DNA from: the human T2T-CHM13v2.0 reference genome, Homo sapiens
Length of the DNA: 64,000 nucleotides
Direction: 5' to 3' (one strand)
Assembly: GCF_009914755.1 (NCBI RefSeq)
Contig: NC_060926.1
Part shown: positions 38,516 through 52,300 of the stretch, one piece after another
How positions within the stretch are numbered: position 1 is the stretch's first letter
Layout: each line of letters starts with the position of its first letter
The notes under the pieces: model-generated
The model's input: the letters and a program-made list of their open reading frames with translations, nothing else
Told to the model about the DNA's origin: nothing
The model's database searches: none
Program-made: the position numbers and the translations under genes

Positions 38516-41500
38516 GATGTGGACATTTGGAGCGCTTTAAGGCCTATGGTGAAAAAGGAAATATCTTCCCCTGAAAACTAGACAGAAGCATTCTCAGAAA
38601 CTTATTTGTGATGTGCGCCCTCAGCTAACAGTGTTGAAGCTTTCTTTTGATAGAGCAGTTTTGGAACACTCTTTTTGTGGAATCTGCAAGTGGATATTTG
38701 TCTAGCTTTGAGGATTTCGTTGGAAACGGGATTACATATAAAAAGCAGACAGCAGCATTCCCAGAATCTTCTTTGTGATGTTTGCATTCAAGTCACAGAG
38801 TTGAACATTCCCTTTCATAGAGCAGGTTTGAAACACTCTTTTTATAGTATCTGGATGAGGACATTTGGAGCGCTTTCAGGCCTATGGTGAAAAAGGAAAT
38901 ATCTTCCCCTGAAAACTAGACAGAAGCATTCTCAGAATCTTATTTGTGATGTGCGCCCTCAACTAACAGTGTTGAAGCTTTCTTTTGATAGAGCAGTTTT
39001 GAAACACTCTTTTTGTAAAATCTGCAAGAGGATATTTGGATAGCTTTGAGGATTTCGTTGGAAACGGGATTGTCTTCATATAAACTCTAGACAGAAGCAT
39101 TCTCAGAAGCTTCATTGGGATGTTTCAATTGAAGTCACAGTGTTGAACAGTCCCTTTCATAGAGCAGGTTTGAAACACTCTTTTTGTAGTATCTGGATGT
39201 GGACATTTGGAGCGCTTTCAGGCCTATGGTGAAAAAGGAAATATCTTCCCCTGAAAACTAGACAGAAGCATTCTCAGAAACTTATTTGTGATGTGCGCCC
39301 TCAACTAACAGTGTTGAAGCTTTCTTTTGATAGAGCAGTTTTGAAACACTCTTTTTGTGGAATCTGCAAGTGGATATTTGTCTAGCTTTGAGGATTTCGT
39401 TGGAAACCGGATTACATATAAAAAGCAGACAGCAGCATTCCCAGAAACTTCTTTGTGATGTTTGCATTCAAGTCACAGAGTTGAACATTCCCTTTCATAG
39501 AGCAGGTTTGAAACACTCTTTTTGTAGTATCTGGATGTGGACATTTGGAGCGCTTTCAGGCCTATGGTGAAAAAGGCAATATCTTCCCCTGAAAACTAGA
39601 CAGAAGCATTCTCAGAAACTTATTTGTGACGTGCGCCCTCAACTAACAGTGTTGAACCTTTCTTTTGATAGAGCAGTTTTGAAACACTCTTTTTGTAATA
39701 TCTGCAAGAGGATATTTGGATAGCTTTGAGGATTTCGTTGGAAACGGGATTGTCTTCATATAAACTCTAGACAGAAGCATTCTCAGAAGCTTCATTGGGA
39801 TGTTTCAATTGAAGTCACAGTGTTGAACAGTCCCTTTCATAGAGCAGTTTTGAAACACTCTTTTTTTAGTATCTGGAAGTGGACATTTGGAGAGATCTCA
39901 GGAATACGGTGACAAAGGAAATATCTTCCAACAAAAGCTAGATAGAAGCAATGTCAGAAACTTTTTCATGATGTATCTACTCAGCTAACAGAGTTGAACC
40001 TTTATTTTGAGAGAGCAGTTTTGAAACACTCTTTTTGTGGAATCTGCAAGTGGATATTTGTCTAGCTTTGAGGATTTCGTTGGAAACGGGATTACATATA
40101 AAAAGCAGACAGCAGCATTCCCAGTAACTTCTTTGTGATGTTTGCATTCAAGTCACAGAGTTGAACATTCCCTTTCATAGAGCAGGTTTGAAACACTCTT
40201 TTTGTAGTATCTGTATGTGGACATTTGGAGCGCTTTCAGGCCTATGGTGAAAAAGGAAATATCTTCCCCTGAAAACTAGACAGAAGCATTCTCAGAATCT
40301 TATTTGTGATGTGCGCCCTCAACTAACAGTGTTGAAGCTTTCCTTTGATAGAGCAGTTTTGAAACACTCTTTTTGTAAAATCTGCAAGAGGATATTTGGA
40401 TAGCTTTGAGGATTTCGTTGGAAACGGGATTGTCTTCATATAAACTCTAGACAGAAGCATTCTCAGAAACTTCATTGGGATGTTTCAATTGAAGTCACAG
40501 TGTTGAACAGTCCCTTTCATAGAGCAGGTTTGAAACACTCTTTTTGTAGTATCTGGAAGTGGACATTTGGAGCGCTCTCAGGACTATGGTGAAAAAGGAA
40601 ATATCTTCCAATAAAGGCTACATAGAAGCAATGTCAGAAACTTTTTCATGATGTATCTACTCAGCTAACAGAGTTGAACCTTTCTTTTGAGAGAGCAGTT
40701 TTGAAACACTCTTTTTGTGGAATCTGCAAGTGGATATTTGTCTAGCTTTGAGGATTTCGTTGGAAACGGGATTACATATAAAAAGCAGACAGCAGCATTC
40801 CCAGAAACTTCTTTGTGATGTTTGCATTCAAGTCACAGAGTTGAACATTCCCTTTCATAGAGCAGGTTTGAAACACTCTTCTTGTAGTATCTGGATGTGG
40901 ACATTTGGAGCGCTTTCAGGCCTAAGGTGAAAAAGGAAATATCTTCCCCTGAAAACTAGACAGAAGCATTCTCAGAAACTTATTTGCGATGTGCGCCCTC
41001 AACTAACAGTGTTGAAGCTTTCTTTTGATAGAGCAGTTTTGTAACACTCTTTTTGTGGAATCTGCAAGTGGATATTTGTCTAGCTTTGAGGATTTCGTTG
41101 GAAACGGGATTACATATAAAAAGCAGACAGCAGCATTCCCAGAATCTTCTTTGTGATGTTTGCATTCAAGTCACAGGGTTGAACATTCTCTTTCATAGAG
41201 CAGGTTTGAAACACTCTGTTTGTAGTATCTGGATGTGGACATTTGGAGCGCTTTCAGGCCTATGGTTTAAAAGGAAATATCTTCCCCTGAAAACTAGACA
41301 GAAGCATTCTCAGAAACTTATTTGTGATGTGCGCCCTCAACTAACAGTGTTGAAGCATTCTTTTGATAGAGCAGTTTTGAAACACTCTTTTTGTGGAATC
41401 TGCAAGTGGATATTTGTCTAGCTTTGTGGATTTCGTTGGAAAGGGGATTACATATAAAAAGCAGACAGCAGCATTCCCAGAAACTTCTTTGTGAAGTTTG

Positions 41501-44500
41501 CATTCAAGTCACAGAGTTGAACATTCCCTTTCATAGAGCAGGTTTGAAACACTCTTTTTGTAGTATCTGGATGTGGACATTTGGAGCGCTTTCAGGCCTA
41601 TGGTGAAAAAGGAAATATCTTCCCCTGAAAACTAGACAGAAGCATTCTCAGAAACTTATTTGTGATGTGCGCCCTCAACTAACAGTGTTGAAGCTTTCTT
41701 TTGATAGAGCAGTTTTGAAACACTCTTTTTGTAATATCTGCAAGAGGATATTTGGATAGCTTTGAGGATTTCGTTGGAAACGGGATTGTCTTCATATAAA
41801 CTCTAGACTGAAGCATTCTCAGAAGCTTCATTGGGATGTTTCAATTGAAGTCACAGTGTTGAACAGTCCCTTTCATAGAGCAGGTTTGAAACACTCTTTT
41901 TGTAGTATCTGGAAGTGGACATTTGGAGCGCTCTCAGGACTACGGTGATAAAGGAAATATCTTCCAATAAAAGCTAGATAGAAGCAACGTCAGAAACTTT
42001 TTCATGATGTATCTACTCAGCTAACAGAGTTGAACCTTTCTTTTGAGAGAGCAGTTTTGAAACACTCTTTTTGTGGAATCTGCAAGAGGATATTTGTCTA
42101 GCTTTGAGGATTTCGTTGGAAACGGGATTACATATAAAAAGCAGACAGCAGCATTCCCAGAATCTTCTTTGTGATGTTTGCATTCAAGTCACAGAGTTCA
42201 ACATTCCCTTTCATAGAGCAGGTTTGAAACACTCTTTTTGTAGTATCTGGATGTGGACATTTGGAGCGCTTTCAGGCCTATGGTAAAAAAGGAAATATCT
42301 TCCCCTGAAAACTAGACAGAAGCATTCTCAGAAACTTATTTGTGATGTGCGCCCTCAACTAACAGTGTTGAAGCTTTCTTTTGATAGAGCAGTTTTGAAA
42401 CACTCTTTTTGTGGAATCTGCAAGTGGATATTTGTCTAGCTTTGAGGATTTCGTTGCAAACGGGATTACATATAAAAAGCAGACAGCAGCATTCCCAGAA
42501 TCTTCTTTGTGATGTTTGCATTCAAGTCACAGGGTTGAACATTCCCTTTCATAGAGCAGGTTTGAAACACTCGTTTTATAGTATCTGGATGTGGACATTT
42601 GGAGCGCTTTCAGGCCTATGGTGAAAAAGGAAATATCTTCTCCTGAAAACTAGACAGAAGCATTCTCAGAATCTTATTTGTGATGTGCGCCCTAAACTAA
42701 CAGTGTTGAAGCTTTCTTTTGATAGAGCAGTTTTGAAACACACTTTTAGTAAAATCTGCAAGAGGATATTTGGATAGCTTTGAGGATTTCGTTGGAAACG
42801 GGATTGTCTTCATATAAACTCTAGACAGAAGCATTCTCAGAATCTTCATTGGGATGTTTCAATTGAAGTCACAGTGTTGAACAGTCCCTTAAATAGAGCA
42901 GGTTTGAAACACTCTTTTTGTAGTATCTGGAAGTGGACATTTGGAGCGCTCTCAGGACTGCGGTGAAAAAGGAAATATCTTCCAATAAAAGCTACATAGA
43001 AGCAATGTCAGAAACTTTTTCATGATGTATCTACTCAGCTAACAGAGTTGAACCTTCCTTTGAGAGAGCAGTTTTGAAACACTCTTTTTGTGGAATCTGC
43101 AAGTGGATATTTGTCTAGCTTTGAGGATTTCGTTGGAAACGGGATTACATATAAAAAGCAGACAGCAGCATTCCCAGTAACTTCTTTGTGATGTTTGCAT
43201 TCAAGTCACAGAGTTGAACATTCCCTTTCATAGAGCAGGTTTGAAACACTCTTTTTGTAGTATCTGGATGTGGACATTTGGAGCGCTTTCAGGCCTATGG
43301 TGAAAAAGGTAATATCTTCCCCTGAAAACTAGACAGAAGCATTCTCAGAATCTTATTTGTGATGTGCGCCCTCAACTAACAGTGTTGAAGCTTTCTTTTG
43401 ATAGAGCAGTTTTGAAACACTCTTTTTGTAAAATCTGCAAGAGGATATTTGGATAGCTTTGAGGATTTCGTTGGAAACGGGATTGTCTTCATATAAACTC
43501 TAGACAGAAGCATTCTCAGAAGCGTCATTGGGATGTTTCAATTGAAGTCACAGTGTTGAACAGTCCCTTTCATAGAGCAGGTTTGAAACACTCTTTTTGT
43601 AGTATCTGGATGTGGACATTTGGAGCGCTTTCAGGCCTATGGTTTAAAAGGAAATATCTTCCCCTGAAAACTAGACAGAAGCATTCTCAGAAACTTATTT
43701 GTGATGTGCGCCCTCAACTAACAGTGTTGAAGCATTCTTCTGATAGAGCAGTTTTGAAACACTCTTTTTGTGGAATCTGCAAGTGGATATTTTTCTAGCT
43801 TTGAGGATTTCCTTAGAAACGGGATTACATATAAAAAGCAGACAGCAGCATTCCCAGAAACTTCTTTGTGATGTTTGCATTCAAGTCACAGAGTTAAACA
43901 TTCCCTTTCATAGAGCAGGTTTGAAACACTCTTTTTGTAGTATCTGGATGTGGACATTTGGAGCGCTTTCAGGCCTATGGTGAAAAAGGAAATATCTTCC
44001 CCTGAAAACTAGACAGAAGCATTCTCAGAATGTTATTTGTGATGTGCGCCCTCAACTAACAGTGTTGAAGCTTTCTTTTGATAGAGCAGTTTTGAAACAC
44101 TCTTTTTGTAAAATCTGCAAGAGGATATTTGGATAGCTTTGAGGATTTCGTTGGAAACGGGATTGTCTTCATATAAACTCTAGACAGAAGCATTCTCAGA
44201 AGCTTCATTGGGATGTTTCAATTGAAGTCACAGTGTTGAACAGTCCCTTTAATAGAGCAGGTTTGAAACACTCTTTTTGTAGTATCTGGAAGTGGACATT
44301 TGGAGCGCTCTCAGGACTGCGGTGAAAAAGGAAATATCTTCCAATAAAAGCTAGATAGAAGCAATGTCAGAAACTTTTTCATGATGTATCTACTCAGCTA
44401 ACAGAGTTGAACCTTCCTTTGAGAGAGCAGTTTTGAAACACTCTTTTTGTGGAATCTGCAAGTGGATATTTGTCTAGCTTTGAGGATTTTGTTGGAAACG

Positions 44501-45378
44501 GGATTACATATAAAAAGCAGACAGCAGCGTTCCCAGAAACTTCTTTGTGATGTTTGCATTCAAGTCACAGAGTTGAACATTCCCTTTCATAGAGCAGGTT
44601 TGAAACACTCTTTTTGTAGTATCTGGATGTGGACATTTGCAGCGATTTCAGGCCTAAGGTGAAAAAGGAAATATCTTCCCCTGAAAACGAGACAGAAGCA
44701 TTCTCAGAAACTTATCTGTGATGTGCGCCCTCAACTAACAGTGTTGAACCTTTCTTTTGATAGAGCAGTTTTGAAACACTCTTTTTGTAATATCTGCAAG
44801 AGGATATTTGGATAGCTTTGAGGATTTCGTTGGAAACGGGATTGTCTTCATATAAACTCTAGACAGAAGCATTCTCAGAAGCTTCATTGGGATGTTTCAA
44901 TTGAAGTCACAGTATTGAACAGTTCCTTTCATAGAACAGGTTTGAAACACTCTTTTTGTAGTATCTGGAAGTGCACATTTGGAGCGCTCTCAGGACTATG
45001 GTGAAAAAGGAAATATCTTCCAATAAAAGCTACATAGAAGCAATGTCAGAAACTTTTTCATGATGTATCTACTCAGCTAACAGAGTTGAACCTTTCCTTT
45101 GAGAGAGCAGTTTTGAAACACTCTTTTTGTGGAATCTGCAAGTGGATATTTGTCTAGCTTTGAGGATTTCGTTGGAAACGGGATTACATATAAAAAGCAG
45201 ACAGCAGCATTCCCAGTAACTTCTTTGTGATGTTTGCATTCAAGTCACAGAGTTGAACATTCCCTTTCATAGAGCAGGTTTGAAACACTCTTTTTGTAGT
45301 ATCTGGATGTGGACATTTGGAGCGCTTTCAGGCCTATGGTGAAAAAGGAAATATCTTTCCCTGAAAACTAGACAGAAG

Positions 45379-45545
45379 CATTCTCAGAAACTTATTTGTG
45401 ATGTGCGCCCTCAACTAACAGTGTTGAACCTTTCTTTTGATAGAGCAGTTTTGAAACACTCTTTTTGTAATATCTGCAAGAGGATATTTGGATAGCTTTG
45501 AGGATTTCGTTGGAAACGGGATTACATATACAAAGCAGACAGCAG
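45379..45545 (+). repeat. C/A chimeric monomer whose junction interval contains the CENP-B box (2-mer variant; also 48774, 51831, 55907, 58964)
   Basis: C-type through AAGAGGATATTTGGATAG, A-type (ACATATA...GCAGACAGCAG) immediately after the box. Confidence 0.9.
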
Positions 45546-46399
45546 CATTCCCAGAATCTTGTTTGTGATGTTTGCATTCAAGTCACAGAGTTGAACATTC
45601 CCTTTCAGAGAGCAGGTTTGAAACACTCTTTTTATAGTATCTGGATGTGGACATTTGGAGCGCTTTCAGGCCTGTGGTGAAAAAGGAAATATCTTCTCCT
45701 AAAAACTAGACAGAAGCATTCTCAGAATCTTATTTGTGATGTGCGCCCTCAACTAACAGTGTTGAAGCTTTCTTTTGATAGAGCAGTTTTGAAACACTCT
45801 TTTTGTAAAATCTGCAAGAGGATATTTGGATAGCTTTGAGGATTTCGTTGGAAACGGGATTGTCTTCATATAAACTCTAGACAGAAGCATTCTCAGAAGC
45901 TTCTTTGGGATGTTTCAGTTGAAGTCACAGTGTTGAACAGTCCCTTTCATAGAGCAGGTTTGAAACACTCTTTTTGTAGTATCTGGATGTGGACATTTGG
46001 AGCTCTCTCAGGATTGCGGTGAAAAAGGAAATATCTTCCAATAAAAGCTACATAGAAGCAATGTCAGAAACTTTTTCATGATGTATCTACTCAGCTAACA
46101 GAGTTGAACCTTCCTTTGAGAGAGCAGTTTTGAAACACTCTTTTTGTGGAATCTGCAAGTGGATATTTGTCTAGCTTTGAGGATTTCGTTGGAAACGGGA
46201 TTACATATAAAAAGCAGACAGCAGCATTCCCAGAAACTTCTTTGTGATGTTTGCATTCAAGTCACAGAGTTGAACATTCCCTTTCAGAGAGCAGGTTTGA
46301 AACACTCTTTTTATAGTATCTGGATGTGGACATTTGGAGCGCTTTGAGGCCTATGGTGAAAAAGGAAATATCTTCTCCTGAAAACTAGACAGAAGCATT

Positions 46400-49300
46400 C
46401 TCAGAATCTTATTTGTAATGTGCGCCCTCAACTAACAGTGTTGAAGCTTTCTTTTGATAGAGCAGTTTTGAAACACTCTTTTTGTAAAATCTGAAAGAGG
46501 ATATTTGGATAGCTTTGAGGATTTCGTTGGAAACGGGATTGTCTTCATATAAACTCTAGACAGAAGCATTCTCAGAAGCGTCATTGGGATGTTTCAATTG
46601 AAGTCACAGTGTTGAACAGTCCCTTTCATAGAGCAGGTTTGAAACACTCTTTTTGTAGTATCTGGATGTGGACATTTGGAGCGCTTTCAGGCCTATGGTT
46701 TAAAAGGAAATATCTTCCCCTGAAAACTAGACAGAAGCATTCTCAGAAACTTATTTGTGATGTGCGCCCTCAACTAACAGTGTTGAACCATTCTTTTGAT
46801 AGAGCAGTTTTGAAACACTCTTTTTGTGGAATCTGCAAGTGGATATTTGTCTAGCTTTGAGGATTTCGTTGGAAACGGGATTACATATAAAAAGCAGACA
46901 GCAGCATTCCCAGAAACTTCTTTGTGATGTTTGCATTCAAGTCACAGAGTTGAACATTCCCTTTCATAGAGCAGGTTTGAAACACTCTTTTTGTAGTATC
47001 TGGATGTGGACATTTGGAGCGCTTTCAGGCCTATGGTGAAAAAGGAAATATCTTCCCCTGAAAACTAGACAGAAGCATTCTCAGAATCTTATTTGTGATG
47101 TGCGCCCTCAACTAACAGTGTTGAAGCTTTCTTTTGATAGAGCAGTTTTGAAACACTCCTTTTGTAAAATCTGCAAGAGGATATTTGGATAGCTTTGAGG
47201 ATTTCGTTGGAAACGGGATTGTCTTCATATAAACTCTAGACAGAAGCATTCTCAGAAGCTTCATTGGGATGTTTCAATTGAAGTCACAGTGTTGAACAGT
47301 CCCTTTCATAGAGCAGGTTTGAAACACTCTTTTTGTAGTATCTGGAAGTGGACATTTGGAGCGCTCTCAGGACTGCGGTGAAAAAGGAAATATCTTCCAA
47401 TAAAAGCTAGATAGAAGCAATGTCAGAAACTTTTTCATGATGTATCTACTCAGCTAACAGAGTTGAACCTTTCTTTTGAGAGAGCAGTTTTGAAACACTC
47501 TTTTTGTGGAATCTGCAAGTGGATATTTGTCTAGCTTTGAGGATTTCGTTGGAAACGGGATTACATATAAAAAGCAGACAGCAGCATTCCCAGAAACTTC
47601 TTTGTGATGTTTGCATTCAAGTCACAGAGTTGAACATTCCCTTTCATAGAGCAGGTTTGAAACACTCTTTTTGTAGTATCTGGAAGTGGACATTTGGAGC
47701 GCTCTCAGGACTGCGGTGAAAAAGGAAATATCTTCCAATAAAAGCTAGATAGAAGCAATGTCAGAAACTTTTTCATGATGTATCTACTCAGCTAACAGAG
47801 TTGAACCTTTCTTTTGAGAGAGCAGTTTTGAAACACTCTTTTTGTGGAATCTGCAAGTGGATATTTGTCTAGCTTTGAGGATTTCGTTGGAAACGGGATT
47901 ACATATAAAAAGCAGACAGCAGCATTCCCAGTAACTTCTTTGTGATGTTCGCATTCAAGTCACAGAGTTGAACATTCCCTTTCATAGAGCAGGTTTGAAA
48001 CACTCTTTTTGTAGTATCTGGATGTGGACATTTGGAGCGCTTTCAGGCCTATGGTGAAAAAGGAAATATCTTCCCCTGAAAACTACACAGAAGCATTCTC
48101 AGAATCTTATTTGTGATGTGCGCCCTCAACTAACAGTGTTGAAGCTTTCTTTTCATAGAGCAGTTTTGAAACACTCTTTTTGTAAAATCTGCAAGAGGAT
48201 ATTTGGATAGCTTTGAGGATTTCGTTGGAAACGGGATTGTCTTCATATAAACTCTAGACAGAAGCATTCTCAGAAGCTTCATTGGGATGTTTCAATTGAA
48301 GTCACAGTGTTGAACAGTCCCTTTCATAGAGCAGGTTTGAAACACTCTTTTTGTAGTATCTGGATGTGGACATTTGGAGCGCTTTCAGGCCTATGGTTTA
48401 AAAGGAAATATCTTCCCCTGAAAACTAGAGAGAAGCATTCTCAGAAACTTATTTGTGATGTGCGCCCTCAACAAACAGTGTTGTAGCATTCTTTTGATAG
48501 AGCAGTTTTGAAACACTCTTTTTGTGGAATCTGCAAGTGGATATTTGTCTAGTTTTCAGGATTTCGTTGGAAACGGGATTACATATAAAAAGCAGAAAGC
48601 AGCATTCCCAGAAACTTCTTTGTGATGTTTGCATTCAAGTCACAGAGTTGAACATTCCCTTTCATAGAGCAGGTTTGAAACACTCTTTTTGTAGTATCTG
48701 GATGTGGACATTTGGAGCGCTTTCAGGCCTATGGTGAAAAAGGAAATATCTTCCCCTGAAAACTAGACAGAAGCATTCTCAGAAACTTATTTGTGATGTG
48801 CGCCCTCAACTAACAGTGTTGAACCTTTCTTTTGATAGAGCAGTTTTGAAAAACTCTTTTTGTAATATCTGCAAGAGGATATTTGGATAGCTTTGAGGAT
48901 TTCGTTGGAAACGGGATTACATATAAAAAGCAGACAGCAGCATTCCCAGAATCTTGTTTGTGATGTTTGCATTCAAGTCAGAGAGTTGAACATTCCCTTT
49001 CATAGAGCAGGTTTGAAACACTCTTTTTATAGTATCTGGATGTGGACATTTGGAGCGCTTTCAGGCCTATGGTGAAAAAGGATATATCTTCTCCTGAAAA
49101 CTAGACAGAAGCATTCTCAGAATCTTATTTGTGATGTGCGCCCTCAACTAACAGTGTTGAAGCTTTCTTTTGATAGAGCAGTTTTGAAACACTCTTTTCG
49201 TAAAATCTGCAAGAGGATATTTTGATAGCTTTGAGGATTTCGTTGGAAACGGGATTGTCTTCATATAAACTCTAGACAGAAGCATTCTCAGAAGCTTCAT

Positions 49301-52300
49301 TGGGATGTTTCAATTGAAGTCACAGTGTTGAACAGTCCCTTTCATAGAGCAGGTTTGAAACACTCTTTTTGTAGTATCTGGAAGTGGACATTTGGAGAGA
49401 TCTCAGGAATTCGGTGATAAAGGAAATATCTTCCAATAAAAGCTAGATAGAAGCAATGTCAGAAACTTTTTCATGATGTATCTACTCAGCTGACAGAGTT
49501 GAACCTTTCTTTTGAGAGAGCAGTTTTGAAACACTCTTTTTGTGGAATCTGCAAGTGGATATTTGTCTAGCTTTGAGGATTTCGTTGGAAACGGGATTAC
49601 ATATAAAAAGCAGACAGCAGCATTCCCAGAAACTTCTTTCTGATGTTTGCATTCAAGTCACAGAGTTGAACATTCCCTTTCATAGAGCAGGTTTGAAACA
49701 CTCTTTTTGTAGTATCTGGATGTGGACATTTGGAGCGCTTTCAGGCCTATGGTGAAAAAGGAAATATCTTCCCCTGAAAACTAGACAGAAGAATTCTCAG
49801 AATCTTATTTGTGATGTGCGCCCTCAACTAACAGTGTTGAAGCTTTCTTTTGATAGAGCAGTTTTGAAACACTCTTTTTGTAAAATCTGCAAGAGGATAT
49901 TTGGATAGCCTTGAGGATTTCGTTGGAAACGGGATTGTCTTCATATAAACTCTAGACAGAAGCATTCTCAGAAGCGTCATTGGGATGTTTCAATTGAAGT
50001 CACAGTGTTGAACAGTCCCTTTCATAGAGCAGGTTTGAAACACTCTTTTTGTAGTATCTGGAAGTGGACATTTGGAGCGCTCTCAGGACTGCGGTGAAAA
50101 AGGAAATATCTTCCAATAAAAGCTAGATAGAAGCAATGTCAGAAACTTTTTCATGATGTATCTACTCAGCTAACAGAGTTGAACCTTCCTTTGAGAGAGC
50201 AGTTTTGAAACACTCTTTTTGTGGAATCTGCAAGTGGATATTTGTCTAGCTTTGAGGATTTCGTTGGAAACGGGATTACATATAAAAAGCAGACAGCAGC
50301 ATTCCCAGAAACTTCTTTGTGAGGTTTGCATTCAAGTCACAGAGTTGAACATTCCCTTTCATAGAGCAGGTTTGAAACACTCTTTTTGTAGTATCTGGAT
50401 GTGGACATTTGCAGCGCTTTCAGGCCTAAGGTGAAAAAGGAAATATCTTCCCCTGAAAACTAGACAGAAGCATTCTCAGAAACTTATTTGTGATGTGCGC
50501 CCTCAACTAACAGTGTTGAAGCTTTCTTTTGATAGAGCAGTTTTGAAACACTCTTTTTGTAATATCTGCAAGAGGATATTAGGATAGCTTTGAGGATTTC
50601 GTTGGAAACGGGATTGTCTTCATATAAACTCTAGACAGAAGCATTCTCAGAAGCTTCATTGGGATGTTTCAATTGAAGTCACAGTGTTGAACAGTTCCTT
50701 TCATAGAACAGGTTTGAAACACTCTTTTTGTAGTATCTGGAAGTGGACATTTGGAGCACTCTCAGGACTATGGTGAAAAAGGAAATATCTTCCAATAAAA
50801 GCTACATAGAAGCAATGTCAGAAACTTTTTCATGATGTATCTACTCAGCTAACAGAGTTGAACCTTTCCTTTGAGAGAGCAGTTTTGAAACACTCTTTTT
50901 GTGGAATCTGCAAGTGGATATTTGTCTAGCTTTGAGGATTTCGTTGGAAACGGGATTACATATAAAAAGCAGACAGCAGCATTCCCTGTAACTTCTTTGT
51001 GATGTTCGCATTCAAGTCACAGAGTTGAACATTCCCTTTCATAGAGCACGTTTGAAACACTCTTTTTGTAGTATCTGGATGTGGACATTTGGAGCGCTTT
51101 CAGGCCTATGGTGAAAAAGGAAATATCTTCCCCTGAAAACTACACAGAAGCATTCTCAGAATCTTATTTGTGATGTGCGCCCTCAACTAACAGTGTTGAA
51201 GCTTTCTTTTGATAGAGCAGTTTTGAAACACTCTTTTTGTAAAATCTGCAAGAGGATATTTGGATAGCTTTGAGGATTTCGTTGGAAACGGGATTGTCTT
51301 CATATAAACTCTAGACAGAAGCATTCTCAGAAGCTTCATTGGGATGTTTCAATTGAAGTCACAGTGTTGAACAGTCCCTTTCATAGAGCAGGTTTGAAAC
51401 ACTCTTTTTGTAGTATCTGGATGTGGACATTTGGAGCACTTTCAGGCCTATGGTTTAAAAGGAAATATCTTCCCCTGAAAACTAGACAGAAGCATTCTCA
51501 GAAACTTATTTGTGATGTGCGCCCTCAACAAACAGTGTTGTAGCATTCTTTTGATAGAGCAGTTTTGAAACACACTTTTTGTGGAATCTGCAAGTGGATA
51601 TTTGTCTAGCTTTGAGGATTTCGTTGGAAACGGGATTACATATAAAAAGCAGAAAGCAGCATTCCCAGAAACTTCTTTGTGATGTTTGCATTCAAGTCAC
51701 AGAGTTGAACATTCCCTTTCATAGAGCAGGTTTGAAACACTCTTTTTGTAGTATCTGGATGTGGACATTTGCAGCGCTTTCAGGCCTATGGTGAAAAAGG
51801 AAATATCTTCCCCTGAAAACTAGACAGAAGCATTCTCAGAAACTTATTTGTGATGTGCGCCCTCAACTAACAGTGTTGAACCTTTCTTTTGATAGAGCAG
51901 TTTTGAAACACTCTTTTTGTAATATCTGCAAGAGGATATTTGGATAGATTTGAGGATTTCGTTGGAAACGGGATTACATATAAAAAGCAGACAGCAGCAT
52001 TCCCAGAATCTTGTTTGTGATGTTTGCATTCAAGTCACAGAGTTGAACATTCCCTTTCATAGAGCAGGTTTGAAACACTCTTTTTATAGTATCTGGATGT
52101 GGACATTTGGAGCGCTTTCAGGCCTATGGTGAAAAAGGATATATCTTCTCCTGAAAACTAGACAGAAGCATTCTCAGAATTTTATTTGTGATGTGCGCCC
52201 TCAACTAACAGTGTTGAAGCTTTCTTTTGATAGAGCAGTTTTGAAACACTCTTTTTGTAAAATCTGCAAGAGGATATTTTGATAGCTTTGAGGATTTCGT

